From assembly GCA_963675665.1 (NCBI GenBank), contig OY776510.1, positions 3,680,001-3,744,000 of the forward strand: DNA of 64,000 nucleotides. The letters are read 5' to 3'. The position numbers were made by a program, and so were the translations under genes. Positions 42,465 to 51,726 of this stretch are shown here, one piece after another. Under the pieces are notes generated by a model. That model ran no database searches. It saw nothing but the letters and a program-made list of their open reading frames with translations, and had not been told where the DNA came from. Positions within the stretch are counted from its first letter, which is position 1; the number at the start of each line of letters is the position of its first letter. This DNA comes from Spirochaetia bacterium (GTDB taxonomy: Bacteria; Spirochaetota; Spirochaetia; UBA9216).

Positions 42465-44339
42465 ATGAAATTTCCTCACTTTCGCAGCAACATAAAATTG
42501 TTCAAAAATGATAAATTTTCGCGTGATAAAGATAACAAAGGGTTTTTAAATGAAATTATTCTTGAATCTCTGAATGAATCCGAACGTGAAAAAGAGCAGA
42601 TTCTTAACAGCCTGATGGAACAAATCAGTTACCTTGATTTGGATTATAAAATTAAATGGGTAAACGAAGCCGGTTTAAAAAATTTGCCGGTTGAATTATC
42701 CATTTCTGATGTTCTCGGCAAGCCATGCTATACAGTCTGGTACAACCGTAAAACTCCATGTGAATCATGCCCGGTATCGACAACAATTAAAACCGGCTGG
42801 CCGTGGAAAGAAGAAATCGAACACATTGACGGCACTACAAAGCTCATTTCGTCTCAGCCTGTACATGACGATAATGAAACACTAATCGGTATTATTGAAT
42901 CTGAAATAGATATCACATTACGAAAAGATGTTGAACGCGCACTTGAAAAGTCTCAGCATCGCTCAAGAGCACTTCTTGATGCAATTCCCGACATGCTTAT
43001 TGTCTTTAATAACAGCGGAAAATTTCTTGATTATCACCCGGGCGCAGATTTCGATTTGCTGACAACTGATTCTAATCTTGAAGGAAAATATCTCACGGAA
43101 ATAATGCCTGCCGGCCTTTCCGAAGAAATTGTCAAACAAAGCAAAGCTCTGGTTAATGTCGGAATTAAACGTAATTTTGAATTCAACACCCGGGTTTCAG
43201 GAGAAAACCTTTTTTATGATTGCCGGGTAATAAAAACCGGCACCGATGAAAACGTCTGTATAATTCAGGACATAAGCGTTCAGAAACACCGGGAAAAAGA
43301 TATTCTTATCAAGAGCTTCCACGACAGCCTGACAGGATTATACAATCGGTCTTACTTCGAAGAAGAACTTAAAAGGCTTGAAAACTCAAGGCATACGTTT
43401 CCTGTTTCAATTCTTGTTGTTGATGTTGACGGCCTGAAATTTACCAATGATGCCTTCGGTCATGATTTCGGCGATAAACTGCTGAAAAAGGTTTCTTCAA
43501 TTTTGGCATCGAACTGCAGAAAAGAAGACGTCATAGCACGCCTTGGAGGCGATGAGTTCGCCATCATTCTTCCCGGCAGTCCACTTATAAAAGCGGAGAT
43601 ACTGTCAAAGCGTATTCTTGAAGCATGCAGAACAAGCAAATGTGATGATTTCTTTGCCCGTCCAAGTGTCTCGATAGGCTGTGCCACCCAAAACGACGAC
43701 TCCGTCAGTTTGTCGGATATTATAAAAAAAGCCGATGAAAATATGTACAGGATGAAACTTGAAAACCGAAGTGCTCATCTAAATACATTAACCAAAGATA
43801 TCCTGAGTTCAATTAATAAATACAGTTATGAAAGTGAAGAACACTTAACCAGGTGCAGCACACTTTCAGAAAAATTCATCAGGACGTGCAATATCTCAAA
43901 TGTATCCATTGAAAACCTTCAAAAGCTTTCAATGCTTCATGACATCGGGAAAATCCGGATTCCGGGCGAAATTCTTTCAAAAAAAACTCCTTTATCAGAA
44001 ATTGAATTCTCAGAGATAAAGAAACATCCGATTATAGGTTACCGTATTATAAAAGCTTTACCTGATTATGCTTCAATTGCAAATTTAATCCTGTATCATC
44101 ATGAACACTGGGACGGCAGCGGGTATCCGTCCGGCCTTGCGGGTAAAGAAATCCCGCTTATCTGCCGGATTTTCAATATAGTTGAAGCCTTTGAGCTGAT
44201 CACAAACGGCAATATTTACAGGAAGGCCCGATCTATAAAGGATGCTGTATTCGAATTAGAAGAAAACGCCGGTAAACAGTTTGATCCGGATCTTGTTAAA
44301 AAATTCATCGACTTTATCACAAAAGAGAGCTTAAACTGA
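42465..44339 (+). CDS. PAS-PAS-GGDEF-HD-GYP c-di-GMP turnover protein
   Basis: DSLTGLYNR, RKED I-site, GGDEF, HDIGK, HHEHWDGSGYP. Confidence 0.9.
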   Translation: MKFPHFRSNIKLFKNDKFSRDKDNKGFLNEIILESLNESEREKEQILNSLMEQISYLDLDYKIKWVNEAGLKNLPVELSISDVLGKPCYTVWYNRKTPCESCPVSTTIKTGWPWKEEIEHIDGTTKLISSQPVHDDNETLIGIIESEIDITLRKDVERALEKSQHRSRALLDAIPDMLIVFNNSGKFLDYHPGADFDLLTTDSNLEGKYLTEIMPAGLSEEIVKQSKALVNVGIKRNFEFNTRVSGENLFYDCRVIKTGTDENVCIIQDISVQKHREKDILIKSFHDSLTGLYNRSYFEEELKRLENSRHTFPVSILVVDVDGLKFTNDAFGHDFGDKLLKKVSSILASNCRKEDVIARLGGDEFAIILPGSPLIKAEILSKRILEACRTSKCDDFFARPSVSIGCATQNDDSVSLSDIIKKADENMYRMKLENRSAHLNTLTKDILSSINKYSYESEEHLTRCSTLSEKFIRTCNISNVSIENLQKLSMLHDIGKIRIPGEILSKKTPLSEIEFSEIKKHPIIGYRIIKALPDYASIANLILYHHEHWDGSGYPSGLAGKEIPLICRIFNIVEAFELITNGNIYRKARSIKDAVFELEENAGKQFDPDLVKKFIDFITKESLN

Positions 44340-45145
44340 TGCAGAATAAAAACAGTAAAATTAATTTGAGAAATGGTATTATCGATTCACATTTTCACCT
44401 GTTTCATATGAAAAAACGGGGAATGAATCACCTTGAAATTATTGAACAATGTTTTGATAGCGGGCTTGAATATGCTCTTGATATTGGAATAAACCCCGAG
44501 AATTTTCAGGAAAGAATTAAAACAGCGTTAAAATATCCGGGACTTTACACAGCACATGGTTATTATCCGTCGGAATGTACCAGTAAGGAACTTGATTCCA
44601 GCCTTGCCTATCTTGAGAGCTGCCTTAGCAATGATTCAAAAGCATTGGCTCTCGGAGAAATAGGTTTTGATTTTTTTCATGAATACGGCAATAAAAGTTT
44701 GCAGGAAGCCCTGTTACGCGATCAGCTTAAAATTGCTGACAAACTTGATTTGCCGGTTATTATTCACAGTCGTGATGCTGAAGCAGAGACTCTGCAGATT
44801 CTCGCAAATGAAACTCCTTCCAGGGGCGGTATTATTCACTGTTTTTCCTACTCTGCTGAAACGGCTTTGAAATTTATTGATATGGGCTTTTATATATCTT
44901 TCGCCGGGAATCTGACTTATAAAAAGTCCAAAACTATCCAGCAGGCGGCGGCTTTGATTCCTGTTGACCGCATTCTGCTTGAAACAGATGCCCCTTACCT
45001 GAGTCCGCAAAAAGTACGAGGACTTATGAATCATCCCGGCTATATCGGCTATACCTATGATTGCCTGGCTGAAATAAAAAATATCAACATCGAAGAACTG
45101 ATACCTGTAATAAATAATAACTTTAAAACACTTTTCAGGTTATAA
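44339..45145 (+). CDS. TatD family DNase (YcfH-like)
   Basis: IDSHFH, GEIGFD, IHSRDA, IHCFS, LETDAPYLSP. Confidence 0.9.
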   Translation: MQNKNSKINLRNGIIDSHFHLFHMKKRGMNHLEIIEQCFDSGLEYALDIGINPENFQERIKTALKYPGLYTAHGYYPSECTSKELDSSLAYLESCLSNDSKALALGEIGFDFFHEYGNKSLQEALLRDQLKIADKLDLPVIIHSRDAEAETLQILANETPSRGGIIHCFSYSAETALKFIDMGFYISFAGNLTYKKSKTIQQAAALIPVDRILLETDAPYLSPQKVRGLMNHPGYIGYTYDCLAEIKNINIEELIPVINNNFKTLFRL

Positions 45146-45221
45146 TCCGGGAACCTCTGATATGATGTGACCCATGTCAAGTTAAAATATCCAGGTTTTA
45201 TCTATAAGATCCCCCCCCTGT

Positions 45222-45420
45222 CCAGGACAGGAAGAAAGATAGAACAACGTTTATGCGGCGATAGACCACTCTGATATTCGCGGATTGGTTACCGCAGGTC
45301 AATGGGATCGTCGGGAGCTGCCTCTGTCTAAAACCGAGGATCAATATTATTATTGCCTCATAGAGGTGCCGAGGGTTCTCCTTTATCACTGTTGTTGTTC
45401 TATCCATCCTTCTGTCCTGG
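45222..45420 (-). ncRNA. Candidate bridge/seek RNA of the IS1111-type element
   Basis: Long closing stems enclose two internal loops whose sequences match the target and the donor junction. Confidence 0.7.
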
Positions 45421-45444
45421 TAGCTTATTAACCAACTATCGAAG

Positions 45445-46548
45445 TCATGCGACTTCTGTTCTACCTACCATCATTCCCCAAATAAATCCTGATAATTCTC
45501 TGGCAACTGCCGTAACAGTTTTCTGAGGGCATACCCCTCTACGAATCATCCTGAAATATTTCTTACTCAACCTTCTGCCGGCTTTATCAGCATAAGCTAT
45601 TGTTTCAGCAGATTGTCCTTTCCTTCTCGCTGTCAGTCGTTTCGATGGCGAATACCTTTGGTAATGCCAGCTTGATTCCACTAACAGCCGTCGTAGCCTG
45701 GAGTTGTCGGCCTTCGTAATCCCGCCAAGCTTCCGGCCCTCTCCGCTTGAGTATTCTGACGGCACAAGTCCAAGATACGCCATGAAGGATTCCGCTTTTT
45801 TAAATCTTCTGAAATCTCCTATCTCGCATACAAATGTTAATGCTGTTAATGTCTCTATACCTTTGAAACATCGAAGCCGGGATACCCTTTCTTTATATCT
45901 GTCTTCAGCAGCAATCTCTTCTATTTTTTCCTGCAACCGTTCAATCTTTTCCTCTAATTCCACAATCGCAAGATAATATTCTTTTAAAACTTCTTTATGC
46001 ATTACCTGTTCAAACTGCAAGTTTTTCAACCAGGTTCGATGCGCCCCTGTCCAGTACTTTTTCCCAATATCATATTTCTTCCCGTTCCTTAGCAGAAACT
46101 GTAAGAGCCTCTGTTTCTGTTTCCTCAAATCAATTTTCATATCGTTACACATCCTCATGTAATCACGAACTGATTCATCTGTGCGTGTCGGTATATTCAC
46201 CGGTGTTATTTCCTGATTCCTTAATGCTCTGGCTAATTTGACTGCATCCCTCTTGTCTGTCTTTATTCGGTCTCCGGGTTTCCTCGGCAATAATGATGGT
46301 GCTGCTACGTAACAGATAATTCCCATATCTTCAAGTAATCTATAAAGTGTAAATCCTGTAGGGCCTGCTTCGTAACAACACAGAATATTTTCTCCATTCT
46401 CTTTAAGTCGCTTGAAGAATCTTTTAATATTTCCGGGTTCGTTCCTGAGCTCTCTTTCAAACTCAGGATTCTGATAATTATCTCTGAATACCGCTACTGC
46501 GATTGATTCCTTGTGGACATCCATCCCTACATAAATTACACTATTCAT
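45445..46548 (-). CDS. IS110 family DEDD transposase/recombinase
   Basis: YVGMDVHK, CYEAGPTG, KTDKRDA (RuvC-like DEDD); LGLVPSEYSSG catalytic Ser motif; GGAGG RBS. Confidence 0.95.
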   Translation of the reverse strand: MNSVIYVGMDVHKESIAVAVFRDNYQNPEFERELRNEPGNIKRFFKRLKENGENILCCYEAGPTGFTLYRLLEDMGIICYVAAPSLLPRKPGDRIKTDKRDAVKLARALRNQEITPVNIPTRTDESVRDYMRMCNDMKIDLRKQKQRLLQFLLRNGKKYDIGKKYWTGAHRTWLKNLQFEQVMHKEVLKEYYLAIVELEEKIERLQEKIEEIAAEDRYKERVSRLRCFKGIETLTALTFVCEIGDFRRFKKAESFMAYLGLVPSEYSSGEGRKLGGITKADNSRLRRLLVESSWHYQRYSPSKRLTARRKGQSAETIAYADKAGRRLSKKYFRMIRRGVCPQKTVTAVARELSGFIWGMMVGRTEVA

Positions 46549-46652
46549 AGTGGCCTCCGTTCCTTTGTATGTGGCGTGTCTGCGCTTTGCCATTAGCCAT
46601 TGTGTAGGCTAATCCACGATTTTGCAAACACGGCGGTCACTTCATATTGTCT

Positions 46653-46790
46653 AATAACCCTAAATTGGGCTTATTAGAGGTTCCTTGGAGTTTATTTATT
46701 TCCTTATCAGTCAATAAATAAACATCCAGTACATCTAAGGAAGACTTCGAAAACTAAAGTTTTATAAAACTGCAGTTTTTAGAAGTCCCC
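46653..46790. repeat. REP-like palindrome cluster (IS target hairpin plus a degenerate copy)
   Basis: Reconstituted GGAACCTCTAATAA-N13-TTATTAGAGGTTCC; then GTTTATTTATT/AATAAATAAAC; then GACTTCGAAAACT..AGTTTTTAGAAGTC. Confidence 0.65.
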
Positions 46791-46796
46791 ATCCGT

Positions 46797-48029
46797 TTAT
46801 TCATCAAGTATTACAAGCTCAACCCTTCTGTTTACTGCACGTCCTTCATCTGTTGAATTATCCGCTAATGGTTCATCGCCGCCCCGCCCTTCATAAATAA
46901 AAACCTGCGGCAGCATGCCCAGTGCAGTAAGCTCATTTATTACAGTCAGCGCGCGCTGCTCTGATAAAACATACTGGCTTTCCTTTGTTCCGATATCCGC
47001 AGTATGTCCTATCACAAGAATCTTCTTTACATCAAGGCTGTTCAGAACATCAAAAATTGACTTAATCCTGTTCCTTTCTTCAGGCAGAATTTCAACAGAA
47101 TCAGGAACAAAATGCAAATTCTGAATACTTAGGGCTATACCCTCGGCTTTTTCAATTACTTCAACATCAGTCAGATCGGCAAGTTCCAGGCTCTTTTCCG
47201 TTTTCCCGGCAACGTCAACTCTATCCATTCCGATAATGTCATTATACCAGGTCAGAATAAAGCCGGAATGTTCTCTGACTCTCCCGCTGAAATACAAATA
47301 CTGTTCATCAAGCTGATCACGAATAAATATGGAAGACCTGTCTTCATCATCAATAGTTATAGTAAGCAGATGTTTTCCTGAAATCTGTTTCAAATCCGGA
47401 TCGTTCATACTGGAATCTCCAGGTTTATAACGCATTGCATACTGTGCGGTGATGAAATGCTTTGGCCCTGTTTTTGTCTCTTTCAACCCGTCATAGCGGT
47501 ATTCACAGTAAAATTTTACCCTGGTGTATTTACCGTTGTTGTCCGGATCTACAATCCGCTCTCCGTAATCTTTCCATTTGTCACCCGGAAGTACCTCTTC
47601 AGGAGAAAAGACCGGAAAACTTCGAAGAACAGGGACTACCTGATCCGGCCCGGTACGATAATGTCCCTGATCGTCGATCAGGATTTCACAATATTCATTG
47701 AGATTAACCGGATTAGCAATCAATCTTGTATCCTGTTTTGATGCTTCAAAAACATAGTAATTGCCGGCATACTGTGAATAACCGTCTTCATACCACATAT
47801 ACTGAAGGACCGCTCTTGATTCGTTATAGGTTAAACCTGCATAATTTCCGTTCTCAGTAACCCGTATATTTGAACGTTCAATTATTTTCAGCTTGTTCGA
47901 GCTTCCGAACATAAAGAGAACAGCTTCTTCAGAATATAAGTTCTGAAGCACGATAGAGGATAAGATAATCAACAAAACTGTAAAAAAAAGGTTCCTTCTG
48001 CGAAGGAACCTGAAAATGTATCTATACAT
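46797..48029 (-). CDS. OmpA family protein
   Basis: C-terminal IGHTADIG, LSEQRA, NRRVE peptidoglycan-binding domain; signal peptide. Confidence 0.85.
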   Translation of the reverse strand: MYRYIFRFLRRRNLFFTVLLIILSSIVLQNLYSEEAVLFMFGSSNKLKIIERSNIRVTENGNYAGLTYNESRAVLQYMWYEDGYSQYAGNYYVFEASKQDTRLIANPVNLNEYCEILIDDQGHYRTGPDQVVPVLRSFPVFSPEEVLPGDKWKDYGERIVDPDNNGKYTRVKFYCEYRYDGLKETKTGPKHFITAQYAMRYKPGDSSMNDPDLKQISGKHLLTITIDDEDRSSIFIRDQLDEQYLYFSGRVREHSGFILTWYNDIIGMDRVDVAGKTEKSLELADLTDVEVIEKAEGIALSIQNLHFVPDSVEILPEERNRIKSIFDVLNSLDVKKILVIGHTADIGTKESQYVLSEQRALTVINELTALGMLPQVFIYEGRGGDEPLADNSTDEGRAVNRRVELVILDE

Positions 48030-48034
48030 TTATT

Positions 48035-48763
48035 CTACCATACGTCGGCAATATCATCCTCATCTCTGTTGTTTTCAGTGAAGAGATCCGTAGTTGCTCT
48101 AAGATCATCAAAATAAATATAATACGAACCATATGTTTCTTCAGGATCACAGTCAACCCTGAAACCAAGAATCTCTATCCCCATACGGTTAACATAGTGA
48201 TAATCTTTCTGAACAATATGGGTAGGTATTGCAACAGTCATTTTTTTCCAGCCTGCAAAATTCAGTTTACCCATCGTAACTTCGGCTTTATTACCGAACT
48301 GATCTTTGATCAAAAGTTTAAGAGTATGATTTGTATTTCTTCCGATTACCCAAACCGAAACGGTTTTACAGATACCTTCAATAGGCATGGGATGTGATGG
48401 AATAACCGAAAAAGAGGTTACTGACCTTTTATAAAAATTCACACGACAGCCTAAAACATAATCATCCGCCTCGTTAATACCAAGGTTTTCTTCATCCGCT
48501 ATAGGTTCCTTGTCTATCGGACTTCCTTCTATCTTCCTGATTGAAGTTATACCGGAATCTCTCGGCATCTGACTTGACCACATACCTGCATCTTCAAATT
48601 TCGTAATTGAGATTTCCTTAAGCTCCTGCTGAGCAGTATCTACTCCGACCTGGGCAGGATCAGGTTCCCCGACCCGGCTTGTCGACTGCGCGAACAGACC
48701 TGTAACAGAAAATGTGAAAATAACAAGAAGCACCAGAACTGTTTTGAATCTTTTAATATTCAT
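48035..48763 (-). CDS. flaA: Flagellar filament outer layer (sheath) protein
   Basis: Signal peptide; VLGCRVNF, CKTVSVWVIGR, LNFAGWKKM, IYFDDLR. Confidence 0.85.
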   Translation of the reverse strand: MNIKRFKTVLVLLVIFTFSVTGLFAQSTSRVGEPDPAQVGVDTAQQELKEISITKFEDAGMWSSQMPRDSGITSIRKIEGSPIDKEPIADEENLGINEADDYVLGCRVNFYKRSVTSFSVIPSHPMPIEGICKTVSVWVIGRNTNHTLKLLIKDQFGNKAEVTMGKLNFAGWKKMTVAIPTHIVQKDYHYVNRMGIEILGFRVDCDPEETYGSYYIYFDDLRATTDLFTENNRDEDDIADVW

Positions 48764-49494
48764 TATTCACCCCACATCTCATCAATCTTCTCAGGCCAAG
48801 TGAGCGTATCACCGTCAAATCTAGACTCAAACACATCAGTTAGAACCTTCAAATGGTCGACATATACAAAATATTCATGAACAGATTCCTGCGGTTTTGT
48901 CCATATCATAAGCTTTTCGAAGGTCATCTGTTTGTAATACGGTATATACTGTGTCGCCTGAGGGATATAATTAGGTATATCTACGGCAAGGTTTTTCCAC
49001 CCTGAATATCTGAGATTTCCAAGCGGCAGAACCCAGTTCATACCGTTATAATCCATTAAATGCATTTCAATGTCGTAATCATACATCGAACCCCATACCC
49101 AGCAATCAAAAGTTTTTACGCGGCCGCGCAACGGAATCGGGTTGTGTTCCCATTCTTCGGCTGTTGCGTCGACAACAGGAATTATTTCCAGGTAGTTATA
49201 TCCCTTTCTGTCGAACCTGGCATTAATACCAAGGACCTCATAGTCAATCTGTTCTTTGTTATATCCCCAAAGAGCTTCCGGCCAGGTTTTTGCATAAACC
49301 TGTTTCGGGTAATCTTCTGTTATAAATTTACTGCCTACTACAAGCCAATCACTCGTTCTGTCGTCCGGATCGAAGCTTTCCACAACTATCGAAACCAGAT
49401 TTTCTGTTGATTCGTCGGCAAACACCGTCGATGGAATAACGAAAGCAATGGCGAGTAACATACACAGGGAAAAGACGCTACCTCGTTTCATCAT
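48763..49494 (-). CDS. flaA: Flagellar filament outer layer (sheath) protein, paralog
   Basis: Signal peptide; FDRKGYN, WVWGS, L.YSGWKNL, YVDHLKVLTD. Confidence 0.85.
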   Translation of the reverse strand: MMKRGSVFSLCMLLAIAFVIPSTVFADESTENLVSIVVESFDPDDRTSDWLVVGSKFITEDYPKQVYAKTWPEALWGYNKEQIDYEVLGINARFDRKGYNYLEIIPVVDATAEEWEHNPIPLRGRVKTFDCWVWGSMYDYDIEMHLMDYNGMNWVLPLGNLRYSGWKNLAVDIPNYIPQATQYIPYYKQMTFEKLMIWTKPQESVHEYFVYVDHLKVLTDVFESRFDGDTLTWPEKIDEMWGE

Positions 49495-49543
49495 TTTTAC
49501 TCCTTAATGTAGTACAAAAGTCACATATTACAAGACATTTTGA

Positions 49544-49572
49544 ATTATATTTCTTACGAATATGTTTGTCAA
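49544..49572 (-). promoter_or_regulatory. Consensus sigma70 promoter of flaA operon
   Basis: TTGACA-17-TATAAT exact. Confidence 0.85.
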
Positions 49573-50492
49573 ATCTTTTTCTTTTTTAACCCGTTCTGGT
49601 ACAAAAAAAATTCAGCTTCTATCAAAATCGGATCATCATAATTATCTATGCTGATATAGTTTACGATTTCCGTCAGAATACGAATTGTACCCAGTTCTAT
49701 TGAAGCCGCAATACTGTAACCAGCAAAATTCCACGGTCCTGAATTAATTGTAACAACAGAAACCGGTTTGTCGCTTAAACCCGTAACGACAGTTTCAGTA
49801 TACGGCCCTGCGAAAACTGCCGCAATACCTTCGCCGCCCTGAAAAAAAGCCTCATACCCGGTCAGAAGATCATTACCGGACACCTCCGTATCCTTAACAC
49901 TTGAAACATTCAGATTTTTTCGTTCATTTACAGTCTCCCATCCGCTGATAAAAGATGATTCAGAATCTGGATAAAGTTTTTCATCCTTAAAAAACACAGC
50001 ATGGGTTTTTTCATCCCTTGTCCCTGCCCAGACGCCTGCCGAATGGAAAGCTTTTTTGTAATCATATACAACTTTTACGGTATTATCAGTCCCGGCAGTA
50101 CTTCCGGTTCCGGTAAGAACAAATATTTTATCAGTGTATTCTCCGGCAATTTCTCCTGCTTCAGCGGAAAAAAGCGGGCTGAGGATAATATAACTTTCGC
50201 CGCAATTCTTAACCGCATCAGCAACCGCAGCCCTGTCTTTATCTTTTCCTTCAGCTTCTATTACAATTTTTTTTACTTTTTTTCCTTTGAGCCTGAAGCT
50301 TTCGCTTTGCAGAAACGGTATGTGTGAAAAAACAGCATTTTTCAGCGAATAGAATTTATCAGCTTCCAATTCACGATTCAGCGCAATATCCCAGAATTGA
50401 TCAGTGATGAGACACACAGGCTGAGAGTTTGCAGCCGCAATAAAAAATAAAACTAAAAAAACTGAAATAATTATTATCTTTTTATGATTCAT
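49569..50492 (-). CDS. Hypothetical exported protein (periplasmic-binding-protein-like)
   Basis: Signal peptide; alternating alpha/beta pattern. Confidence 0.55.
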   Translation of the reverse strand: MNHKKIIIISVFLVLFFIAAANSQPVCLITDQFWDIALNRELEADKFYSLKNAVFSHIPFLQSESFRLKGKKVKKIVIEAEGKDKDRAAVADAVKNCGESYIILSPLFSAEAGEIAGEYTDKIFVLTGTGSTAGTDNTVKVVYDYKKAFHSAGVWAGTRDEKTHAVFFKDEKLYPDSESSFISGWETVNERKNLNVSSVKDTEVSGNDLLTGYEAFFQGGEGIAAVFAGPYTETVVTGLSDKPVSVVTINSGPWNFAGYSIAASIELGTIRILTEIVNYISIDNYDDPILIEAEFFLYQNGLKKKKI

Positions 50493-50633
50493 TCCAGCTA
50501 ATGCTACCCTGTTCAGCCCGGTTTATTCAACCACAAATTTTGATATAATGTGCTATTCCATCCGCTTCGCCTTGACATTGTAAACATCTGTGATTAATCT
50601 ACAAATTGAATCAACCTACAAAGGAGTTAAAGG

Positions 50634-51626
50634 ATGACTTCATATAAAGAACTTGGTCTTGTAAACACTAAAGAAATGTTTGCCAGGGCTGTGAAAGGCG
50701 GATATGCTATTCCCGCTTATAATTTTAATAATATGGAACAGATGCAGGCAATTATCCAGGCATGTGTTGAAACAAAATCACCTGTTATTCTTCAGGTTTC
50801 CGCCGGAGCAAGGAAGTATGCCAACGGTACGCTTCTCAGAAATATGGCGAAGGGTGCTGTTGAATATGCCCATGAGCTTGGATACGATATTCCTGTAGTA
50901 CTTCATCTTGACCACGGCGCCGACTTCGAAATCTGCAAAGAATGTATTGATAACGGTTTTTCTTCAGTAATGATAGACGGAAGCCATTTTCCCTATGAAG
51001 AAAATGTAGCTCTTACAAAAAAAGTTGTTGAATACGCCCACAAGTTCGACGTAACAGTTGAAGGCGAGCTTGGCGTTCTTGCAGGTATTGAGGATGATGT
51101 TGTTGCAGAACACTCAACCTATACACAACCCGAAGAAGTAATTGATTTTGTTGAGAAAACAGGTGTTGATTCACTTGCAATCTCGATCGGGACTTCACAC
51201 GGGGCCAATAAATTCAAACCGGAACAGTGCACCAGAAATGCCGAAGGCATCCTGATTCCTCCTCCGCTGCGTTTCGATATCCTCGAAGAAATTGAAAAAC
51301 AGCTTCCCGGTTTTCCGATTGTTCTTCACGGTTCTTCATCCGTACCCCAGGATCAGGTTGCAATAATTAATGCCAACGGCGGAGCCCTTCAGGATGCAGT
51401 CGGTATTCCCGAAGAACAGTTGAGAAAAGCCGCCAAATCTGCCGTCTGCAAGATAAATATTGATTCAGACGGAAGACTTGCAATGACAGCCGCCATCAGA
51501 AAACATCTTGCGGAGAATCCGGGGCATTTTGATCCCAGGCAGTACCTGGGCCCGGCCAGAGAATCACTTAAAAATATTTACAAAGCAAAAAACATCAATG
51601 TTCTCGGTTCTGCCGGCCAGGCATAA
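50634..51626 (+). CDS. fba: Fructose-bisphosphate aldolase class II
   Basis: HLDHG, SVMIDGS, VEGELG, GTSHGA, VLHGSS, KINIDSD; TTGACA-17-TAATCT promoter. Confidence 0.95.
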   Translation: MTSYKELGLVNTKEMFARAVKGGYAIPAYNFNNMEQMQAIIQACVETKSPVILQVSAGARKYANGTLLRNMAKGAVEYAHELGYDIPVVLHLDHGADFEICKECIDNGFSSVMIDGSHFPYEENVALTKKVVEYAHKFDVTVEGELGVLAGIEDDVVAEHSTYTQPEEVIDFVEKTGVDSLAISIGTSHGANKFKPEQCTRNAEGILIPPPLRFDILEEIEKQLPGFPIVLHGSSSVPQDQVAIINANGGALQDAVGIPEEQLRKAAKSAVCKINIDSDGRLAMTAAIRKHLAENPGHFDPRQYLGPARESLKNIYKAKNINVLGSAGQA

Positions 51627-51642
51627 ACTTTCTATAAAAACC

Positions 51643-51679
51643 AAAAAGGGGCATCTTCCGGCAAGGTGCCCTTTTTTTT
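51643..51679 (+). terminator. fba terminator
   Basis: GGGCATCTT-CCGGC-AAGGTGCCC followed by T8. Confidence 0.85.
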
Positions 51680-51726
51680 ATTGAAAAGTATCGTAAACGG
51701 AATAAATGGTTTAAAATATTTCGGTA

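Larger units (their letters stand above)
45159..46652 (-). mobile_element. IS110 superfamily, IS1111-type insertion sequence inserted in a REP-like hairpin
   Basis: CT core at both junctions (45157-58, 46651-52); 13-bp sub-terminal IRs ATATGATGTGACC/GGTCACTTCATAT; long non-coding region 3' of transposase. Confidence 0.9.

Noticed and set aside
45198-45407. 69-aa ORF downstream of the IS110 transposase
   Set aside because: Coincides with the structured non-coding end; better explained as guide RNA
45700-45720. ITKADN instead of the usual ITKxGN in the transposase as an inactivating change
   Set aside because: Cannot be judged without an alignment; DEDD and catalytic Ser motifs are intact
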